NCBI GenBank assembly: GCA_951406725.2
Contig: OX597817.1
Location: forward strand, 4,030,001 to 4,094,000
Length of the DNA stretch: 64,000 nt
Direction: 5' to 3'
DNA from: Octopus vulgaris
Taxonomy: Eukaryota
The notes beneath the pieces were generated by a model. That model was not told the origin of the DNA, did not search any database, and was given only the letters and a program-made list of their open reading frames with translations. The stretch's first letter is position 1, and each line of letters begins with the position of its first letter. The position numbers and the translations under genes are program-made. Below, piece after piece: positions 25,300 through 39,330 of the stretch.

Positions 25300-26600
25300 T
25301 TAGTTAGTATATCTAAGTGAGCTTTCCTGTTTTGTGCCAGCTCATTAACTGTTCTAACAAACTGTTTAATAACCAACAACTATATTAAATATGAAAATCA
25401 CCCAGAAATTCTCAACAGGAGTGGCATGAAGCCGAAAATTGTACTCCACTCGAGTGTTTCTGATCAACTCATTATGCCTTAAAAAAGCAGAAAAAAGGAG
25501 GCCTAAATTTACAAACTTGTAGATGCTAATTTAACGAATCTGGCTTGCAAAGCAAAGGCCTCGCAAGAGAGGTGAGAAACAGAAAGATTTTAGGTAAATC
25601 TGTCCACGGTTTCAAAGTTTTGATTCCTCAGAGTCAGAGACGTAAAGGCACATTAAAGGACTTGCAATGGGATCTACTCAAACAACACCGAAAGAGATCT
25701 TCAAAAGACACAACGTATCCGACGTTCAGGTGTGGGTTACCATCTTGAAAGGTGCAATTTTCATATCAAATAGTGGCAAATAATATGACAGCTGTGAGTT
25801 TCCAGTATTCTCAGCCAGGATGCAGACCCACGCTTTCAGAGTGAAGATATTAAGGATCAAAACACTAGCATAAATGGGATTCTCTTCCTAGTGTTCACCT
25901 ATCCCTTGAAGCCCTTACTACCTAAAGAAAAAAAGAGACAAAAATCTATCTTTTCACAGTTTACCTCCTCTGTATCATAGAATCTTCAGAAAAGCATGAT
26001 ACGGACTTGCTTAAAACAGGGGCAATCATCTCATTGATACAACGTAAGGGTATAATTTATATCTTGGAATTAATTTGCAACTATAAAGTTTACGATGAAG
26101 ACAAGAATAGTAAAACTAAACAGGAAACAATTTTAGTAACACCACCAGTGATAAAAAAATGAACGAATGAGAGAGCCTCTACATGCTTTCACTGTTTCCC
26201 GATTGACAAAAAATACGTACTAAAGTCTTATAATCTAGATGCACATGAAGAAGAAATCCTAGATAAACTATCTCTGAAAATAAGAAAGAGTGGTCATACT
26301 TGGTAAGCCATTGATAATAAGTTTTCTCGATCAGAACTGTAACAGGAATAAACAACCAGAAGAAAAAGAGCAAAAGTAATTTCCCTAATAGCCAAAACGA
26401 ATGAACCGCCAATACCAATAAAAGAACGAAGAAAAATAGCAATAAACAAGAACATGACAGGCAAGAGAGAAATAGTCTGCTGGTCATTCTATTAAACACA
26501 GTCAATTTTCTCTCAAATCACATAGAATGAACTTGAAAATCGACGGTCACAGAAGAGAGTATTGTACTAGACGCTAGATCTAAATAGAAAACACGATATG
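25300..26600 (+). mobile_element. Very old LINE-like fossil (ORF1/ORF2 fragments)
   Basis: Weak motifs only (KVLIPQSQRRKGTLKDL; RAKVISLIAK) with many stops. Confidence 0.25.
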
Positions 26601-26954
26601 ACCACTGGTCGTCTGGGTTTAGACAATAGAGATAACAATGATATACCGATTAACAGTTAACACTATGGCTGAAACAACTGCTGCTGCTTTACCATCTTAA
26701 TAGATCGATTGCAACATCAAATTATGATAAGAAAAAATTGTAACAAGAGTAACAGCTACATTTGCAGGAAGAATGTTGGCAAGACGAATTTCACTGGGGA
26801 AAATGAAGAAATAAATTCTTCTCTAAAAGCAAATGGTAGTAACAATGATGATGTTAGTGATGATGACGATCAGCAGGAAGAAGACTATGACGATGAAGAG
26901 GACAACGATGATGATGATGATGATTATGATCAGAAGGCTCATGGCCATGAGTAT

Positions 26955-27345
26955 CTCTTTTACTTGCTTCAGTCATTTGACTGCGGCCATGCTGGAGCAC
27001 CGCCTTTTAGTCGAGTAAATCGACCCCAGGACTTATTCTTTGGAAGCCTAGTACTTATTCTATCGGTCTCTTTTGCCGAACCGCTAAGTGACGGGGACGT
27101 AAACACACCAGCATCGGTTGTCAAGCGATGATGGGGGAACAAGCAAAGACACACGAACATATACACACATACATATATATATATATATACATATATATGA
27201 CGGGATTCTTTCAGTTTCCGTCTACCAAATCCACTTACAAGGCTTTGGTCGGCCCGAGGCTATAGTAGAAGACACTTTCCCATGGTGCCACGCAGTGGGA
27301 CTGAACCTGGAACCATGCGGTTGGTAAGCAAGCTACTTACCACAG
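26955..27345 (-). mobile_element. SINE family A
   Basis: Matches the family A consensus, inserted in a decayed (GAT)n region. Confidence 0.88.
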
Positions 27346-27982
27346 AGCTGATGATTAAAATTTCTAATGAATTTGATTACCATGAAGACAGTGTCTAAAA
27401 TGCAAAGCTATAGTTCTTAATAATCGTGATGATGATTAACGATGAAGATGATGTTGATTCTGATGAGGATAGGCAGGAAGAATAAGATGTATGGTAGTAG
27501 AATTGGTAATGATTGTGAGTTTAATAACAATAATAATGGAGATGATACTAAGATTGCGATAACGGTGATGATAATGTTAGGTGGTGTGTTGTAGTGATAA
27601 AGACAATAAGGCCAGCCATGATAATAATGTTGAGGTCAAGGACGAGGAGGAGGAAGAGTAGACATACAAAGGCAAGAAAAAAAAGAGATATGATCATATC
27701 AATTGCTATGATGATGATGATGATGTAGACCGTAATATTGATAATGGTATTACAGATGAAAGTAGTGATTTTTGAAGTGACATGATTAGATACAGGAGAT
27801 GTTGAAGATGACAGACGATAGAGAAGGGAGTGAATTATCATGAGAGTGAGGCTTATTTTGGCGTCTCTGTTATTAGAGAAAAGAAAATATTTTGCACGAA
27901 GCGCTTGACTGAGAATCAAGTAGCTAACTATAAGTGAAAAGTTAATATATAAATTCTACACACTTGGCAAACACACAAACAC

Positions 27983-28044
<62 letters not shown>

Positions 28045-31000
28045 CTCACTCACACGTACATTCACCCATAAAATACAGTATATTCATTGGATGAATTTCG
28101 AATATAAACATCTAGATATAATTAGAAAATTAGTAGCCGGAAAGAGCAGGAAAAACACCAGTGTATTATCAGATAAAGATTATTTTCGACAAAGCCGCAC
28201 CTAATTACATCGTAGTAATAATGATGTGTGTCCTTTGTGAGAAGTTAGTGTACATAGGGCCCAATTTCACACCCTAAAAGAGGATTAAACAGAGGAACAT
28301 AAGCTGCTTTCTTACACCGTTGAATCTAGATGATTCTAGGAACATAACCAGGAAGATGTTACTAGTTATTCAACTTGTCAAGTACATAAAATCACCGTAA
28401 TTTCTTTAGTGTGTTTAATGATAAAGTGGTTAATCATCGTCACCTAGACAATATCATTTTACCTGAATTATCTAAATTAATGCCGTTTGCTCACATAATT
28501 TATTTCCTTTTGTTCGATTTTTATCATTCTCATTTTTCTTTTGCAAATATGCAAATTACTAATGACCAAAATGTTTGTAATTATTTCCTTACGTGTCAAA
28601 AGGTTTGATATAACGTTGCCACCTTGATTGGATTTTATAAAGCTGAAACATGTCCATAGCTCTGTGCCAATGATATAAGTTCAGATCTTGTCATTGCTGG
28701 TCTGAAGACAAAACACATCACTATAGATTCTAAGAAAGCACTATTGTTTAATTAGATATACCAAGGTGGTACTAATCCACTGTTAAATAAATGTGAGAAC
28801 TGTAGAATTTAGAAGTACTACATCGAGCAGCAGAAGCGACTTAAATATTTCCAGCAGTAGAATCTAAACCTGACAAATCACAGCTAGACTGAAGGATGAT
28901 TTTCCTCTCATCTGCATATAAAGATACACATCTGGTGGTAAGCAAGCTCCAGGATCGAAATTAGTTCTGTTTCTGTAAATGATGAGATCGAGCCAGCATT
29001 AAGTGTCCTGAAGAGGATCACTGGTGAAAGTGTAAGCATCAAAGCATCAGCTGGTAATCGATCATTTTTTAGATTCATGTATCTGCGGCACACAACAATG
29101 TTTCTTCTGGAACAGCATAAGCAACACGAAAACACTCCGATCAAAGGTATCATCATACTCAATACCAATAGCAACATTATCAATATCCTCATCACGGTTG
29201 ATCAAACAGCTAGAAATAGGTATAAAATCGCCTTCAAATAATATTTTACTTTCTTAAAAAGGAATGGACACAGTCCATTTAAAACAAATGTCGGATTAAG
29301 GCAGTCATCCAAATAGACCGTAGCCGGATTTTAACTCAAAATGGAATGAGCCAGAACAAATCCGAAATGTATTTGGTTCAAGGGTTTTACTGGGAAACTT
29401 GTCTATCATCATGAATGGGTAGGCGTTTTTCTTGACTCCGAAAAGATAAAAGTCAAAGTCGACCTCGGTGGAATTAAGCGGGGAAATCCGGAACGATTAG
29501 AGCGAGGTTTCCCATCCAGTTTGCTGTCTGTTTGAATGAACAGTGAATTAATTTTCAATTTCCTGAACTTATCTCCCTTTTGTAAAGATTACTCATAATA
29601 GCTACAGTTTTTGTATTTTTTCCCCTCCAACTGATTTTATTTTTGATTCTACGTATGACATTTAATACAGAGCATGTGAATTTCTTACGACCAGTAGTGC
29701 AATTATAAGAAGCGGTGTTCCAGCAAAAAAAAATATTAAAAAAAAAACAACAACAAAAACGTGTTTTTTTACTTCCATGGTTCGATCATAAAAATGGGTA
29801 AAATGAAGGCTGTGCAGAAACTCTCTTAATGTGAGTTGGGCAGGAACTTTATCTCACAGAATGCCCGCAGAGTTTATTAGAACAGGACGGGGATAAAGAG
29901 AATAACATTCGCATTTGGAAGACCGCTCCTACTACTTTGATTGTTTCATGGAATCTTAGAAAGCAGTATTGATCAAACACTTGTTATACCCACGCATTTA
30001 TATCATACCATGACCTGAATATATCACCACCATGTATGAAAGACAAATTACTTCATTTCTACTTTTCTACGTAAGATTTCCCCGCAAAATTCATAGGTCA
30101 TAGAAGTACAAAGTACCAAAAATAACGATTTGGAAGCGATCAAATGTCGCTACATCGATGGAGCACATTTTTCGAATGGTAAAACACTCGTATTACCGAC
30201 TTAATTTTTTTAACATTCTGAATTAGGCTGAACTGGAAGAGTCGTGCCCATCACTTTTTCAGTTCAGAGACTAATGGATGAACAATGATGGTGACTGGAT
30301 GAATAATGATGCGGTGACCATTAAATATGATGGATAGGAGTTTGTGGGATTAAATTGGTCAAACCTCTTTCACAACGTTTTAAAGTTTTTACTTTTAACA
30401 CCAAATGTTTTTTAACTCAGATCCAAGTAACGCGGTGGAAACGGTGTTTGAGTACCCATGACTGTTTCTACATAAACTTCCAAATGCAAAATCCACGACT
30501 CCATGCTCCCAATGTGATGTAAAGCCAGCAGCGCTACAGATTTACATTGTAAGAGAAAAAGTCAAAACGAAATATTTCGTCGTTGCAAAATATGCAATAC
30601 GATAAAACAAGGAAACCTCCATTTCGATCTGTTGTAAATAAAAAGCACGCTGACACAACTACCGTAAAGAAGAAAGTAAATATAGCCAGTTCTAGATATA
30701 TATTGCCAGTTCGAAGGACGCAGTGATCCATAATTATGAATCATTTGATCATAGACCTGCTCAACCGGAGCTGAAATAGATTTAAACATCAACAATAAAT
30801 ATGAAATATTCATGTGTCTTTTGCTAGATAATATTGCATATCAGACTATCCTTATAGTGAAACCATTATCAGTCACATTTCATATAATAACCGGACTGTA
30901 CATTCGATTAATGTATCGTTATATGGTATAGTTTATCTTATTTCTGATTATGTGTATGATAGGTTTTAGCGAATTGTGATACATTTTCCAATTTAACCTC

Positions 31001-31046
31001 AGTAATTCTTTCAATTATACAGTGGAGGTTGTTGTTCTTCTTCGTG

Positions 31047-31074
31047 GTGGTAGTAGTAGTAGTAGTAGTAGTAA

Positions 31075-31134
<60 letters not shown>

Positions 31135-31155
31135 AAGTAGTAGTAGAAGTAGTAG
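31047..31155. repeat. (GTA)n microsatellite
   Basis: Seen directly; source of the poly-V ORF. Confidence 0.95.
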
Positions 31156-31395
31156 TTAAGGAGAATTGCTTTGAAGTTGGTGAAGCAGAAAATTATTTTG
31201 AAATTGAGGCATATATTCTAAATGTTTGCTTAAGATCAATGACACGTGTGAGAGATTGTGTATATATATGTTGTATGTATATATATATGTTGTATGTATG
31301 TATTTTTGTAACTCCCTATCTTCATTACTTTCTATGTGACTCCCTGTCTACACACGTACAACACATAAACATGCGCGCGCGCATCCGCCCACACA

Positions 31396-31430
<35 letters not shown>

Positions 31431-31543
31431 TTAAAAATTAGTATAAAATCTTAATAAGAAATCTTAACAAGAAATTATCAAGTAGTTAGCGTGAAAAACC
31501 TCATAAGAGAAAAAAACAGTTAATTTTTTTCTTTGAAAATATT

Positions 31544-31817
31544 TATTTATATCGTATAGAGGGCATTATTACACATAAATGCCACACGCTAGGAGGGACT
31601 CTTAAAGTCATAACTACCAAATATAAACAAATTGTACCGAATGCATTTCTCAAAGCGAGTCATTTAAAAACAGAATTTAGCTCCATTCTGTTTTTAAATG
31701 ACTCGCTTTGAGAATTGCATTCGGTACAATTTGTTTATATTTGGTAGTTATGACTTTAAGAGTCTCTCCTAGAGTGTGGCATTTATGTGTAATAATGCCC
31801 TCTATACAATATAAATA
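31544..31817. repeat. Near-perfect palindrome (about 133 bp arms, 8 nt loop) in a segment between TA arrays
   Basis: tatttatatcgtatagagggc...aaaaacagaat ttagctcc attctgttttt...gccctctatacaatataaata, about 4 mismatches. Confidence 0.9.
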
Positions 31818-31943
31818 TATATATATAAGGTGTATTCAGTTAGGAAGGTAGTAGAGAAGAAAATAGAACTTAGAATTACCAAATCGCTGGTAGTATTACG
31901 ATATACCTCCAACTCTAGATTTGGGCATGATCGGGTGGGAAAG

Positions 31944-32342
31944 TAAAATTCAAAAAATAGAGTCAGTAAGTAATACGGTTTGTCAGCTACTTAATAAATA
32001 CTACACGTGTTTCCATACAGCATAGATCCACATATACACAGGATTTAAATAAAGCAATCGGCATAACAGGATTCAGTTGTATCTCCTCACGTGATTATAC
32101 AATCGCTGCACCCGTTAGTAAACCTTTCACTTCGATGCTAGAACATGTGCTAGCTAACGCATATGTTAGCATCGAAGTCAATGGTTTACTAACGGAGGCA
32201 ACCATCCCATTATACAGGTAAACCGTCACTTAATTTAAATCCTTTGTATATTTGGATCTATGTTGTATCGAAACGTGTGTAGTGTTTATTAAATTGCTGT
32301 CTAACCGTACTCCTTCATGTTGACTCTATTTTTTCAATTTTA
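31944..32342. repeat. Imperfect foldback containing a decayed hammerhead (31996-32096, - strand) and its partial mirror copy
   Basis: Paired blocks aaaaaatagagtca/tgactctattttt, ggatttaaat/atttaaatcc, ccgttagtaaacc/ggtttactaacgg, acttcgatgcta/tagcatcgaagt. The minus strand of the left arm reads gTGAGGA-gatacaac...GAAAC-ACGT-GTA. Confidence 0.8.
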
Positions 32343-32369
32343 TATATAAGTGTGTGTGTGTGTGCGCGC

Positions 32370-32415
<46 letters not shown>

Positions 32416-32451
32416 AACAGATGAGATATATATTTGCATAATAAAGTTATG

Positions 32452-32540
32452 CTTGGCCTGAAGACTAGCCGGCAGCATACACCTCGCTTGGATTTTACCA
32501 CTTCTCAGGTTCCACTAGCTATGAAACATATGTAGCCCGG
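32452..32540 (+). ncRNA. Type I hammerhead ribozyme motif with long stem II
   Basis: Stem I GGC/GCC, CTGAAGA 32458-32464, stem II tagc...gcta with a mismatched closing pair, GAAA 32523-32526, palindromic ACATATGT, GTA triad ending at 32534. Lies 40 bp from a (TA)n array. Confidence 0.7.
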
Positions 32541-32998
32541 ATTTTCCCTACTCCATTCCGTCTCCTTCTATTACCCTCTGCTTTCCAACCCCATGCATAA
32601 CAACCAACAGACTGTGTCCTCCACTATTCATGACCTCATTTCACCCACACATATACACCATACACATGCACACCGTTTCGTCACACACACACACCACGTG
32701 AAAAAGCACACATCAACTGTGACATGCAACACACAAACACAGACGTTACACATGCACACACTCACACACGTCAGTCACTCACCCCTATTCACACATACAC
32801 ACTCACACACATCATACACACACACCATCTCATGTTGAGATCACTAGCACATTATTTACTCCTCTTCATTCAACCTTGTGTTTTTTTTGTATCTCCCTTT
32901 CTTTCAACCTCTCCTTTTTCTCAATTATTCGCCATGTTGGACCGCAGAACTCTACAAGTTTTCTTCATTCCCTCTCTGTTTATTTTCTCTTATTCCCC

Positions 32999-33032
32999 TC
33001 TGTTGAAGAGCGTAGGCTCGAAACGTAACAGA
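32999..33032 (+). ncRNA. Degenerate minimal hammerhead (PLE pLTR-type)
   Basis: TCTG-TTGAAGA-gcgtaggctc-GAAACGTAA-CAGA. U16.1 is lost. Confidence 0.45.
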
Positions 33033-33399
33033 TTTTCTATTTTTCCCGAGTGTCAAACTAATACACTTGGTTGTTGCTGAAACACCTGACCTTGTCTTTT
33101 GTTTTCAACTGTATACATATATATATATATTTATATATATATACTACCGAAAAAGTGTTAAAAGTGCATGGGTTTGTAGTCTTCCGTTTCTGATATTTAT
33201 GAAGACAGAGAACTTCAAATTTGAATGAAAAATTATAATTGAAAATTACCACTGACTTAGAATTGTGACCGTTAATGTTCATACGAAAAGTTCTTCCCTT
33301 TATGAATTTTAATAGAGTCCTAGAAGATATCCTATCATACCAATCCTATCATCTTCAACATCAAATTTTACAATCACTGTAAATGTTATGGAAGCTTTG

Positions 33400-34450
33400 T
33401 CACATCACAACTAAACAGGAAAATATTGAAATAGATCACATCATTTCGTAACAGTTGCTTGATTTTACAATCTTTGAGGACTTCTGCTGGACAATATGTA
33501 TACTTAACGTAATAAAGACTACGTCATAAGTATTAAGGGAACCGAGGTTCCCTTCAATCATTTAACTAAATATTGCTGAGATGTCCGTGACTCCAGGAAA
33601 CATTGTTTTAATAATACATATTCCCAAACTTCTTTAATAAACAGAAGTTATAAACATTTTCTTATAATTGGGAGTGAATGATGGCACCCATAGCCGTTTG
33701 CAAATCATCCGGGTGCGTTGGGATATAGGAGGTATCTTGCTATACCACCGCAGGCACGATCCGAATGACTGTCACAGAGTGGAGTCCGCTAAAGATAACC
33801 AAGCGCCAAATGTTGGTATTAGTCCACATCCCAAATATTTATCTCGAAATTTGACCTCAAAACGCTAAATATCATGAGAGACATCGAATGGCGATCCGTT
33901 TTACGAATTCCTGCCGATTCACCGATTCACTAAATCAAGCCCAGTACTTAAGTATTCAAATCAACATAGCTTTCAGTGCGCTTGAAGTTTTTACTTGATG
34001 CATCAATACTGCCCCCGTTTAAGCAAATGCAGCAATAGATGATTTGGTAGCCTATAGTCAGGCATTCTGACGCATGTTCCCTAATCGCAGCTGGATATGC
34101 TTGAAACGAAATAATAAACTTGTGAGTATTGGTACATTTGGGTATTTCTAAACTGAGATTTTAACCCTGCCTTTTTAATACTTAGATGTATCGGTAGGCA
34201 AGCCATTCAGATGTGAATACTCTTTCTAACAAAATACTAGTATACTGTCCAAGTTCCCGCACTATGGAGACAATTTTGGAGGATAATAGCGTGGCAAACA
34301 TTCAATTTGGAATTTATGTGCAATACGAGACCTGTCCCACAATCTACGTTGGAAATTTTTCAAACACTGCAGTCGCCTTACCAGTACATAATGACTATTT
34401 AGCATCATTTAAAGACTGGTATCACCAATCCATAGCAACCAGTTAACTTA
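33400..34450 (-). mobile_element. Old RTE-like LINE fossil
   Basis: Scattered motifs (ADSTL, CKRLW) with many stops. Confidence 0.3.
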
Positions 34451-35143
34451 TTTCTTCCAAACTTTATTTGATGAAATGCAAACAGTGCACTAAACACATA
34501 CACACATATATATCATATGCAAATGTACACAGCCACATTACTGTATGACCGTTGTTTATTCCGAGTTCATCTACCATTTGACAGGTCTATTTTTCCATCC
34601 AACAGATCATATGTCATGTAACCCAGTACAACCTGCTGCATTGTCAGATCATTGTCGATTTAAAAAGTGTATGTGCGTATGTGGGAGATATATATAGGGA
34701 CAGATCGAGATACAGAGATAGAGATAATGATAGAGAGAGAGAGAGAGAAAGAGGGAAATATAGTGAGATAAGAAGGTACAAAGGTGGAATTGGTGTACAA
34801 ATGTATAATTAGTCTATAGCAAAGCGGACCTGGATTGTCAGCTGCACTTTTCATATTATAGACTTGACATGCAGAAGTCTTGTTCTCATGTCCTGTACAG
34901 ACGCTGATAGCCGAAAGAGCAACGCTGTTAAGGTTCAAACCGAATAATTGGAAGTCTACGACTGGGAAATAGAGGGCCGATATCTTTAGAAGAAGAGAAT
35001 GAGAGTAGTGCTTCGCTTAATGCAAAGAAGAGAGGAACACACTGCGTTAATGGAAGTGGACACAAATGCCTTTCGAGTGTTCAAGTGTCTGACTGGAAGT
35101 GGCGCAAAATTCGCCAGTTCTGTGAGGAGAACAGACCACTACA

Positions 35144-35187
<44 letters not shown>

Positions 35188-35987
35188 GCGCGCACGCGCG
35201 CGCAAACAAAATCAAATAGATGATATACGTTACGCACAGATTGGAGTCTCATGATGTTAATTAGTCAAATATCCTTTCTCAATGTTGTCAAATATGGCTG
35301 TTACGGCTGTATGGATAGAAGACAAGAAAATGGCAGCAAAGCTGCGTACAGTGGTGTCAGACGCGGCATACAAACAGCCATATTAATTGTTAGACATTCG
35401 TATTCCGTCTTTATTCTTATCTTCTGTTTTATTTTGAGATGAGCATTGCGTCTTCATACGTCTCTTTCCGGTTCCTACTGAAAACTGTTTATATATCACA
35501 ACCATCTCATAAACTAGTGTTCGTGAGGAGAGCTCCGCACTCCAATGATTGTGAAAAAAGTCATCGATGGGGTAATGCCTCGTAATGAGTTTTACCTGAG
35601 CATCGTAGAATTTTATTGGTTCTTTAAGTATGAAGTACTTTCTGGTCCTGAGAAAGTGTCCACACTTTCAGATGTAACTTTCTATTGATGTTCGTTCGAC
35701 AGCAATATCGTCGGCAGTGAGAGGACGTTGTATTTGAAGCGATCGTATGGTTCTAATTGCGTGCTACTCATTTTCAATGAGAGAGAATGAGCGAGAGAGA
35801 AAGAGATGTTGCTTAACAATATCTTCATTTCTTATGACATTGGAAATGAGAATGGCGGGGCAGCGCTCTACAAGATGTGACATGTTTACAGTATACCCTA
35901 TCCTCAAAAGATTACTTTTGAGGATTGGGTATACCGTAAACTGTTTCTAATGTCGGTAGATATCACTGTAATAACAGGCAGTGGCAG

Positions 35988-36240
35988 ACAAGGGAGAAAA
36001 CAGAAATAGATTGAAGCGTTGGTGTGTGTATAGAGTTTCTCTCGGGCACATTGCTTCCGGACAAAGAAAGAGCGAGCTGGTGGATTTGTTGTTATGAAGC
36101 GTTTGGATATATTTCCACACACGTATGCGTGTATCCTGTTGACCTTGGTTGAGTGGGAAAAGTTATATTTTAAGTGGATGTATCTAGAGTGTCCTGTATG
36201 GATTTCTTGTGTTGTTAATCCCGCTGGGCTTTCTTTTGCG
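35988..36240 (+). repeat. Source of a ~255 bp local direct duplication (copy at 37724-37981)
   Basis: acaagggagaaaacagaaatagattga...gctgggctttcttttgcg aligns end to end with 37724-37981. Confidence 0.9.
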
Positions 36241-37489
36241 GAACGGTCATGGATGACATGGTAAAAGAAAAAATGTTGCAAAACTGATATAGACCATTTG
36301 TGTCAGGAGACCAAAATGGTTAGTTGCAGCTTATGTTAGTGAAAAAACATAAGTGAGCAATGCACAGAGGTGTTTTTTGTGAAGATATGTCTTGCTAAGA
36401 GCCATCTTCTTCGTAAAGTGGCTGATTTTCTACAAGCGGTGAAGTGTGTGTATTTGTCTGTATTGCAGCAGATTTAATTCTCAGGAGCGTTAGAAAGAAG
36501 TAGCACAAATTTCACGTAAAATTCAGGATTCTCGGTTACATAGAAAAGTCAACGGGAAAGCACACCAGTGGATAGGTTTACAAACAACACTGCAAAAGTT
36601 TAAATGAGATTTTGAATTCGACAAGAGATATCTTCAAATCACTGTGTATTGATATGAATGAGGTTTTGATATAATGCGTATATTTGTGTATGTGTCTGTG
36701 TGCGTGTGTGTGTGCTGACTGTGTTTATATTTGTGTTTGAATATATTTGTGCGTGTATGTGTGCGCATGTGTTTGTACTGTAATAGACGTCTAATTGAAA
36801 TCGTGAAGTTAATCGTGTACTGGAAATGATTTGAAATTGTGAGTGAGGTTAGAGCCATATATGTGCAATCATTTAATTGGAAAATGATTGCAAAAGTGAA
36901 TGCAAGGTTAATGATGAATTTAAATTTACACTGAATGATACAGCCGATACCAGTCAGTCAACGGAAAAGCTATACTGAAGCAGTCAGTGATATTGGAAAA
37001 TGATGGCGAAGTGTACGGGATTCGGAAGAGGAAAACAAAAACAGAACTTATCTTTCATTCAAATTAAAATATAAAATCTGTTCAACATCAGAATGAATAT
37101 GCTACTGCTTCTCTACTAAAACTACTGTGCTGCAGAAAATGATGCTATTAATAGTAATGATAAATATATTTATGGAAAAATTATAAAACAATTTCTACGA
37201 TATGCCCAAATGAAAATATAAAGCAATCATAGCTCGACCGTTCTGGGGCCAACTGACCTGAAACTAAACAAAAAGGTCACTATCTGCATTAGTTAGAAGG
37301 AATGCAAGGCCTCTAATGTAGAAAATGTGTGAGATACTTTTTACCTTTTCTTTCTTTTGCTTGTTTCAATCATTGGATTGCGCTATTTATTATGTCAATT
37401 CCTTTGCGAAACCACCAAGGCCCGTGAACGTAAACAAGTCATGATCCACTCCGCTTCAGCTTTCGTGCTCTCAAGTAAAATGTTCAACA

Positions 37490-38760
37490 GATGTACCTTG
37501 AATTAGGAACACTATATCACAGATGTTCAGAAAGAGCTGTTATTTGAGCATGGGAGAGAACATTATCATGGAAAACTTAGACATGATATCAGCATATTTG
37601 GTGATATCACTGATAACAAAAATAAAACCAGAGAGTTTAATGATGTTCCAATTCTCCAGGAGGATAGCGCTGAAGTAATAAGTGCACTCAAAAGGAAATC
37701 ACTAGCAATAGACAACATCGTAAACAAGGGAGAAAACAGAAATAGATTGAAAAGCTGGTGTGTATAAAGTTTATCTCGAGCACATTGCTTCCGGACAAAG
37801 AAAGAGACATTGTGAGAGCTAGTGGATTTGTTGGTTTAAAGTGTTTGGAGGTATTTTCACACACGTATGCGTGTATTCTGTTGACCCTGGTGGAGTGGGA
37901 AAAGTTATATTTAAAGTGGATGTAGTTAGAGAGTCCTATATGGTTTTCTTGTGTTGTTAATTACGCTGGACTTTCTTTGGCACCACTTCCAGTCAGACAC
38001 TTAGACACTCGGAAGGCATTTGTCTCCTGAAACGTGAGGAACTAGGACTAATGAAATCACTAGCTACCACTTCTCAGAGAATAAGGATTTGGGAAATAAT
38101 GTATAACCAAAAGAATGACACCATTCTTGATGGAACCATCTGATTCATTAGTTAGCGCAGTAAAACCTGTTGAAAGTTTTCTGAATAAGACTTAAGTGGG
38201 AGGAGGAAGAAATCTTTACTAGAAAACAGAAAGAGTTAATTTAAAAAGTTGAGCATCAGAAAGCCGATCGAGAAACACCACCAGCACCAATGTAATTCTA
38301 CCATAATATAATTGACAGTAAGAAAAGCAAAAGTATTTGAATGCATGTAAAACTAGCTTTTATTGCCAACCATGAGCTATTCTAAGTGATTCAAGCAAAT
38401 CTCTGAAAATTTAAAATCCTGAACATTAGCGATAGCAAACATATCACGTTCGTCATGATTGTCAACTCTCTCTGCTGAAAGTCTTTCAGGGAATTTTCAT
38501 CGAAGTGATTCAATGAGCCATCTGCACCTCCATTTCGTAGGATAGTCTATTTGCAACCTTCGTTTTGCAGACGACATCGACAAAGAAATAAACAGCGAAG
38601 CCAGACACCGAGAGGTTACAATAAAAAATATTAACTTGTCGATAGACGTAACATACAGAATCGATTCTGGATAAGGACTTATCTATCATACTGAACCTGA
38701 ATGTCATTTGAAAATCTAGTTGTATCAGATTATACATGAAACTCAATCAATGTCCTAGCT
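37490..38760 (+). mobile_element. RTE-clade LINE fossil interrupted by a templated insertion (37724-38023)
   Basis: DVPILQEDSAEVISALKRKSLAIDNI before the insertion, and SICNLRFADDID (RT active-site motif) near 38545-38580. Confidence 0.7.
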
Positions 38761-39184
38761 GATTGCTTTCTATCGATATGAATTCCAACAAAGAAAATTA
38801 ACAACTGGCATGGAACAAAATCTTCGGGTACTTGACATCAAGAGTTTTAGGATGGTGTTAGGCATCTTGTGAACAGAACACGTCTCTCATAAAACAAGTA
38901 AAAACCATCACATATGCCGATATGCAGGAATCAGACATTCTTCTTGTGAAACAGTTAAACACCCTTGCTAAGGTTGCGTACTAGCTATACCTCTCCTATC
39001 AAAACCATTATAGAAATTGAATTACATACATCAGACTGTACAACGAAGGCTAAGATGACTGAAAATTCGAAGTCACAGTTAACGCTATTCTTGTTCCAGA
39101 ACACCATGTTCTCTACTATAGTTATTGAATAGTGTTTCAGTTTCACGTGAAATTATTTTTATCAGAATTCAACAGAAAACAAAC

Positions 39185-39330
<146 letters not shown>

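Noticed and set aside
26709-27919. Acidic and hydrophobic ORFs
   Set aside because: Decayed (GAT)n repeats running into a SINE.
29770-30700. Possible old Tc1/mariner fossil on the minus strand
   Set aside because: No catalytic motif or TIR pair could be read with confidence.
35300-35900. CpG-richer stretch with ETS- and YY1-like words suggesting a promoter
   Set aside because: Short motifs are expected by chance, and the region looks like a rearranged LINE fossil.
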